Source: an uncultured Chloroflexia bacterium
GTDB taxonomy: Bacteria; Chloroflexota; Anaerolineae; Anaerolineales; UBA4823
NCBI GenBank assembly: GCA_963842455.1
Contig: CAWJHE010000005.1
Span: 21,909-85,908 of the forward strand
DNA length: 64,000 nt
Reading direction: 5' to 3'
The position numbers and the translations under genes are program-made. A model generated the notes under the pieces. The model did not search any database and was not told the origin of the DNA. It saw only the letters and a program-made list of their open reading frames with translations. Positions 58,387 to 64,000 of the stretch are shown here, in pieces (within the stretch, counting starts at the first letter, position 1; the number at the start of each line of letters is the position of its first letter).

Positions 58387-58425
58387 GCAAATACCTGTAC
58401 ACCGGATGGATGTGCAGGTATTTGC
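58387..58425 (+). other. 15-bp stem-loop without U-tract
   Basis: GCAAATACCTGTACA-N9-TGTGCAGGTATTTGC, one G-U pair on the + transcript. Confidence 0.55.
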
Positions 58426-58544
58426 GCGGGTAATGCATAAGATTTATTTGTCAGGTTTCAAAGGGATGCATTTTGGAACCGGTGAGGGCTTGGAATTTGA
58501 ATTGAAAGTAATGTTTTTTAAGGCTATTCTTCAAAGGAGGCGTA

Positions 58545-60967
58545 ATGAAATACAATATTCACCATGCTGTTGTCATTGGGGCAGGCACAATGGGAGGGGG
58601 AATTGCTGCTCTGTTGTCGAATGCTGGCATCCGGGTTACTTTGTTGGATATTGTTCCGAATAAATTATCATCCGAAGAGGAAGGGAAAGGGCTATCCCTT
58701 GCTGATCCAACTGTGCGCAACCGGTTTGCACGCGAAGGATTAGAGCGGGCGGTGAAGTCACGCCCAGCCAGTTTTCTAACCTCGGACCATGCCGCTTTGG
58801 TAACTGCTGGAAACCTGGAAGACGATTTTCATTTGGTCGCCCAGGCGGATTGGGTTATCGAAGTGATTGTTGAGAACCTGAAAATCAAACGAGAATTGAT
58901 GGCACGCATCGACGCAATTCGCCAGCCATCTACGATTGTCAGCACGAACACTTCGGGAATACCGGTAGCATCCATTGCTGAGGGATTTTCTGAAGGTTTT
59001 CGCCAACATTTTCTGGGAACACACTTTTTAATCCCCCGCGTTATTTGAAATTACTTGAGATCATTCCGACCCTGGATACATTGCCTGAAGTTGTGGAAGT
59101 GATATCCAATTTTGGCGAATTCCGCTTGGGCAAAGGGATTGTGCCAGCCAAGGACACACCAAATTTCATTGCCAATCGTTTAGCCTTTGGAAGTGGTGCA
59201 TTTGGTCTGGACTATATTCTGAAAAATGGATACACCGTTGAAGAGGTTGACGCAATAACTGGACCGTCGATTGGAAATCCGAAAACAGCCACATTCCGTT
59301 TAATTGACCTGGTTGGCATTGATGTGTGGGAACATGTAGGGAAGAACCTTGCGCCTGCTATTCCTCATGATGAGCACGCTTTGCGATACCTGGGATCGGA
59401 TCAGGTCAACTCACTGATCCGTAAGCTAGTAGAACGCGGCTCACTAGGTACAAAAGTTAAAGAGGGCTTCTATAAAGAGGTTCGCAAAGAAGATGGCTCT
59501 AAGGATTTCTGGGTGCTTAACCTGGAGACCCTTGAATACCAGGCGCCCAATAAGGTGAGATTCGATTCCATTGGCAAGGCAAGGGACAAGGAGAATCTTG
59601 GTGATAAGTTAAGAACCATCATCGCAGGAGATGATCGTGCATCACAACTTGTGCGCGCTCTGACATACCAATCTTTTGCTTATGCTTCGGAAAGAATTCC
59701 TGAAGTAGCCGACACACCAAAACCTATAGACGATGCGATGCGCTGGGGTTTTGGTCGTGAGGCGGGACCTTTTGAAACCTGGGATATGTTGGGAGTTGCA
59801 GAGACTCTCCAACCGATGTCTGATGCAGGTTTCCCAGCTGCTGAATGGGTGCACGAAATGATCGCTGGTGGCTATTCAACATTTTACCAGTACGAATCCG
59901 GCTCCAAGAAAGCGGTGTATAACCCTGCCAAAGGCGCTTACCAGATTTTGGAACGGCCAAAGTCGATGGTCATCTTAAGTGAACAAAAAGCTGCGGGCAA
60001 GCTGGTCAAACGAAATCCTGGAGCATCTTTGGTGGATTTGGGTGATGGGGTTGCTTGTGTAGAATTCCACACGAAGATGAATGCGTTAGACACGGACATC
60101 TTTTCGATTATTCAGGATGCTTTGGACCGCTTGAAGACTGATTTTGACGGTCTGGTGATTGGCAATGAAGCAGATAATTTTAGCGCTGGGGCAAATGTTT
60201 TCCTGGTAGTAATGTCTGCTCAAAGTGGACAGTGGGAACAATTGGAAGCCCTGGTGAAGAGTATGCAGGATATTTTGATGAGCATTCGCTACTCGCCTAA
60301 GCCTGTTGTCATAGCTCCCAGTGGGTTAGCATTAGGCGGTGGGGCAGAAGTGATCATGAGTGGCAGCCGGGTGGTGGCCAATGGCGAGCTGTATACTGGC
60401 CTGGTTGAAATTGGTGTAGGTGTCATTCCAGCTGGAAGCGGAACCAAAGAGATGCTGCGCCGGGTTCTCAACCCGGTGATGCGCACCAAAAATATGGAGC
60501 CGTTACCAGTTCTGCAGCGAATCTTTGAGCAGATCGGATTAGCCAAAGTAGCCACCAGTGCTGAAGAAGCCAGGCAGCTCGGAATTCTAGGTCCTTGTGA
60601 CCGGGTTATTCTTAACCGAGACCATTTACTTTCTGAGGCGAAGAAGGAAACACTCTACCTTGCCTCTACTGGCTATAAAGCACCGTTACCGGAAAAAATT
60701 TATGCTGCCGGACGGGATGCTTTGAGCGCCATGCAAGTCGGGATTCACATGATGAAAGAAGGCGGATATATCAGCGAATATGAGTCCCACATAGCCGGAA
60801 AGTTAGCTTATGTGCTAACTGGCGGAGATATTAGCCAGGCTGCCTGGGTCGATGAGCAATATATCTTGGATCTGGAACGGGAAGCTTTTCTTTCTCTGTG
60901 TGGTGAAGAAAAAACCCGGGAGAGAATGTGGAATATGTTGCAGACCGGAAAAGTTTTAAGGAATTGA
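58545..60967 (+). CDS. fadN: 3-hydroxyacyl-CoA dehydrogenase / enoyl-CoA hydratase (FadN-type), interrupted by a one-base frameshift at ~59025-59029
   Basis: ORFs 58545-59048 and 59045-60967 join to GTHFFNPPRYLKLLE if one T is added. Motifs GAGTMG, STNTSG, KDTPNFIANR, GGGAE, GLVEIGVGVIP. Confidence 0.85.
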
Positions 60968-61063
60968 GACCCGTAAAATTGTCTAATCAGTGTTTGATTG
61001 TCCTGAACCATAGACTTTTGGTAAAAGGTGCATCAGGATATCAATCCGAAGGAGAAAAATAGA

Positions 61064-62263
61064 ATGAACCTGAGTGATCCTTCTCGTAACCCAGTCATAG
61101 TTGCAGCAGCAAGAACTGCAGTAGGAAAAGCGAAAAGAGGCAGCCTGGTAACAGTTCGTCCAGATGAATTGGCTGCCCTGGTAGTCCAAGAATTATTGCA
61201 CCGGACGCCATCTTTGCCGCCCGAAGAGATTGATGATTTGATCTTGGGATGTGCGTTCCCTGAAGGCGAACAGGGGATGAATATGGCCCGATTGGTTGCA
61301 TTTCGCGCCGGGTTACCGGTTTCAGTACCAGCAGAGACGATCAACCGCTTTTGTTCCTCCGGATTGCAGAGCATTGCACATGCTGCATTCGCGATCGTGG
61401 CTGGTCAGATGGAAGTAGCCCTGGCGGGTGGAACGGAATCGATGAGCATGGTACCCATGACGGGTCTAAAATTTTCACCCATGCCTTACCTGGCAAAGAA
61501 TTACCCGGAGGCATTTACGAGCATGGGTTTAACTGCTGAAAATGTAGCTGAGATGTATGCAATTAGCCGTGAAGATCAAGATGCCTTCGCTTTGCAAAGT
61601 AACCTTCGCGCAGCTGCAGCTGTTGAAAGCGGACGCTTTGATGAACAGATCGTTCCTGTTCCGGTTACCATCAAGGAGCCTGGCAATGGCGGCATCAGAG
61701 AAAAGACCTTTGTTTTTAAACGAGACGAAGGACCCAGGGGGGATACGACATTGCAGGCATTGGCAAAATTGAAACCCGCCTTCAAAGATGGTGGCAGTGT
61801 GACAGCAGGAACCTCATCTCAAATGTCGGATGGTGCTGCGGGTGTAGTGATCATGTCGCAATCGAAAGCAATAGCCTTGGGTTTGAAACCGATGGCGCGC
61901 ATGGTTTCTTATGCTGTCGGAGGTGTTCCGCCCGAGGTCATGGGGATTGGCCCTATAGTTGCCATTCCAAAAGCGCTGAAGCTTGCTGGTCTATCTTTGA
62001 GAGACATAGGTCTAATTGAATTGAATGAAGCCTTTTCTGCCCAAAGCCTGGCGGTGGTCAGGGAATTGGGTTTGGATCTCGAAATCACGAATGTGAACGG
62101 TGGGGCAATAGCTTTGGGTCATCCCCTGGGGTGTACCGGTGCAAAACTGACCACACAATTGCTGTATGAGATGAAATTACGTGCTGTTCAATTTGGAATG
62201 GTATCCATGTGTATCGGCGGTGGCATGGGAGCAGCCGCTATTTTTGAGAACCTGGCAGATTAA
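61064..62263 (+). CDS. fadA: Acetyl-CoA C-acyltransferase (thiolase)
   Basis: [40 protein letters not shown]. Confidence 0.93.
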   Translation: MNLSDPSRNPVIVAAARTAVGKAKRGSLVTVRPDELAALVVQELLHRTPSLPPEEIDDLILGCAFPEGEQGMNMARLVAFRAGLPVSVPAETINRFCSSGLQSIAHAAFAIVAGQMEVALAGGTESMSMVPMTGLKFSPMPYLAKNYPEAFTSMGLTAENVAEMYAISREDQDAFALQSNLRAAAAVESGRFDEQIVPVPVTIKEPGNGGIREKTFVFKRDEGPRGDTTLQALAKLKPAFKDGGSVTAGTSSQMSDGAAGVVIMSQSKAIALGLKPMARMVSYAVGGVPPEVMGIGPIVAIPKALKLAGLSLRDIGLIELNEAFSAQSLAVVRELGLDLEITNVNGGAIALGHPLGCTGAKLTTQLLYEMKLRAVQFGMVSMCIGGGMGAAAIFENLAD

Positions 62264-62306
62264 AATCTGGTTCAAAACAAGCATTAATCCAAAGGAGAAT
62301 AACGAA

Positions 62307-62636
62307 ATGAGTGAGTATACTGTGAAGCAACTTATTTATAATCACGAAAAGGCTTTTCGCCCAGATGTTGCAGAAGGAGTCAATGTTGTCATCCAATATC
62401 ACTTGACTGGCGAAGAAAGCGGGGATTTCATCATTGATATTAAAGACGGTGTTTGCAAGGTAAGTGAGGGGATTGCCGACAGCCCTGCGATGACTTTAAC
62501 TGCTGATGGTCGCGACTTTGCTGATGTTTTATTAGGAAAAGCAAATGGTATGCAGTATTTCATGACTGGAAAATTGAAGCTGTCTGGTGATTTGAACCTG
62601 GCTATGAAACTAACCTCGTTTTTCAAGATGGGATAG
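62307..62636 (+). CDS. SCP2 sterol/lipid-binding domain protein
   Basis: IQYHLTG, FMTGKLKLSGDLNLAMKL. AAGGAG precedes ATG 62307. Confidence 0.88.
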   Translation: MSEYTVKQLIYNHEKAFRPDVAEGVNVVIQYHLTGEESGDFIIDIKDGVCKVSEGIADSPAMTLTADGRDFADVLLGKANGMQYFMTGKLKLSGDLNLAMKLTSFFKMG

Positions 62637-62686
62637 TCTTACACTCAAGTTCGATGAGACCACGATTCGTCAGGTATCTGTTACAT

Positions 62687-62720
62687 AGACCGCCCTATAA
62701 TGACTTTAGGGCGGTCTTTT
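62687..62720 (+). terminator. Intrinsic terminator of the fad operon
   Basis: AGACCGCCCTA-N9-TAGGGCGGTCT-TTT. Confidence 0.8.
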
Positions 62721-62927
62721 GTAATGGGTTGCTTCGTCTTTGGAATATTTTATTGAAAAAACTTTGGGAAATTGTTTAAAAAATTATGGAAAAATGGACA
62801 AATAAAGGTATAATATTAATTAGAGATTAGAGAAGTTCGAGATAAATTCTTCTTGCAGTAAATCAGTAGCAGCCATACACCAGGTATCAACAGAAAACTC
62901 AGACATCATATATTTAGGAGGACAACT

Positions 62928-63821
62928 ATGAAACTGGCAAATAAGATTTTGATGGTTTTATTGGCATTGGTGGTTTTGATAGGTGGATCTGGATTTATGG
63001 CGCAACCAGCTCAGGCTGCTAGCTGTACGTACTACCACACGGTCAAAGCAGGTGAATCGCTTTCCTGGATAGGCAGATATTATGGAGTCAACTGGCTTTA
63101 CCTGGCACAGATCAATCAGATTGCACCACCCAAATACATTATCTATCCAGGTCAGGTGTTATGCATCGCTTATGGAGGGCAAGCGACAACGCCTGTAGTC
63201 AGCAAGACCTGGTCTTATTCTGTGGTCAAGGTTGAAAAAGACACCACGGTAAGAATTCGCACGAGTAATTTTCCAAGCAACGTCCTTTTTGAGGTATCTA
63301 TTGGTAGGCTGAGTGGCAATGTTTACGAATGGATAAAAGTAGCCGATCTCGACTCGGACAAAGGCGGTGCTTTTACAAAGAACTTTGATATTCCAGCACA
63401 ATTTGCAGGGACATCCCAACTGATTATCCGTGTTACACAGCCAAAGAAGAGTATAAAAGTAAAAAGGTGGTTTAGCAATATCACGACCCAATATGGGACT
63501 GGTGGTATCTACACACCTATAGGTTACTCAGGGATACCGACCATTTGGATTGCTAGTGTAGTACGCAATTCCACTGTTACTATCCAAACTCGAAACTTCC
63601 CGGCTGGTTTGAAGTTTGATGTGTTGATGGGACCGATGGGCACAAGGGCCGTCAACGGCTACTATGTGGGCACGATTGACTCCGGTGCTGGAGGTACCTT
63701 TGTGGCGACATTCAATATTCCGCCGGAGTTAATGAACCTGAACCGAATTGCCATCCGAACTCAGAACCTTTACACAGGCTATTTTAGCTACAACTGGTTC
63801 TACAACAATACGACCTATTAG
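62928..63821 (+). CDS. Secreted LysM-domain protein with two tandem beta-rich repeats
   Basis: Signal peptide (AQA), LysM HTVKAGESLSWIG...IYPGQVLCI, duplicated TxNFP...DSxxGGxF...FxIP domain. AGGAGG RBS. Confidence 0.88.
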   Translation: MKLANKILMVLLALVVLIGGSGFMAQPAQAASCTYYHTVKAGESLSWIGRYYGVNWLYLAQINQIAPPKYIIYPGQVLCIAYGGQATTPVVSKTWSYSVVKVEKDTTVRIRTSNFPSNVLFEVSIGRLSGNVYEWIKVADLDSDKGGAFTKNFDIPAQFAGTSQLIIRVTQPKKSIKVKRWFSNITTQYGTGGIYTPIGYSGIPTIWIASVVRNSTVTIQTRNFPAGLKFDVLMGPMGTRAVNGYYVGTIDSGAGGTFVATFNIPPELMNLNRIAIRTQNLYTGYFSYNWFYNNTTY

Positions 63822-63916
63822 TAGAATGATTCCGAATATTCATATTCGGATAATGCTTAAGAGACAATCTAACACCGACAAGCTTTCGTACCTGATTTGA
63901 TGGTTCTAATTATCAA

Positions 63917-63949
63917 AGAGCTGCCTGCAGATTTTGAACAGGCAGCTCT
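63917..63949. terminator. Stem-loop, possible terminator
   Basis: AGAGCTGCCTG-N11-CAGGCAGCTCT. The short T-run falls on the minus-strand side, which suggests a convergent gene outside the window. Confidence 0.55.
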
Positions 63950-64000
63950 CAGATTCTCAACAAGAAAACTCTCAAATCAAACGGCTCTCAGCTTAATCGG

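Noticed and set aside
558-63491. Numerous 60-185 aa ORFs antisense to or nested within the called genes
   Set aside because: Shadow ORFs with no motifs or RBS, fully overlapping well-supported genes.

Overview
Gene-dense chromosomal window of housekeeping and metabolic genes. Gene content and protein style suggest Chloroflexota, probably Anaerolineae (inference). I found no rRNA, tRNA, CRISPR array, prophage or IS element. From left to right: (1) an un-called, edge-truncated minus-strand class I SAM methyltransferase resembling Trm9/ALKBH8, head-to-head (24 bp) with a bacterial Elp3; (2) an alpha-glucoside cluster with two LacI regulators (Agl-type ABC binding protein and permeases, TreS, ROK fructokinase, amylosucrase); (3) a eukaryote-type Fhs, tilS, a sirtuin and mutL; (4) a HAD / orphan CoA-transferase alpha / queuosine-precursor transporter unit, ctpA, a zinc peptidase and a flippase-like protein; (5) a KimA-like transporter with two TrkA/RCK proteins; (6) a selenium-dependent molybdenum hydroxylase locus (Xdh Mo subunit, YqeB, YqeC-MocA fusion, second MocA); (7) thpR and rsfS, the latter apparently CTG-initiated; (8) a hisGDCBHAFIE operon under an un-called His-rich leader-peptide attenuator; (9) a fused E1 alpha/beta, DUF58 and transglutaminase unit; (10) a twice-frameshifted MATE-like gene; (11) a TetR-led beta-oxidation region (acyl-CoA dehydrogenase pair, frameshifted FadN, thiolase, SCP2) and a LysM protein. 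The best candidate for an undescribed system is the Elp3 + Trm9-like pair, a possible eukaryote/archaea-type mcm5U34 tRNA pathway in a bacterium. All product calls rest on motif recognition; no database search was run.
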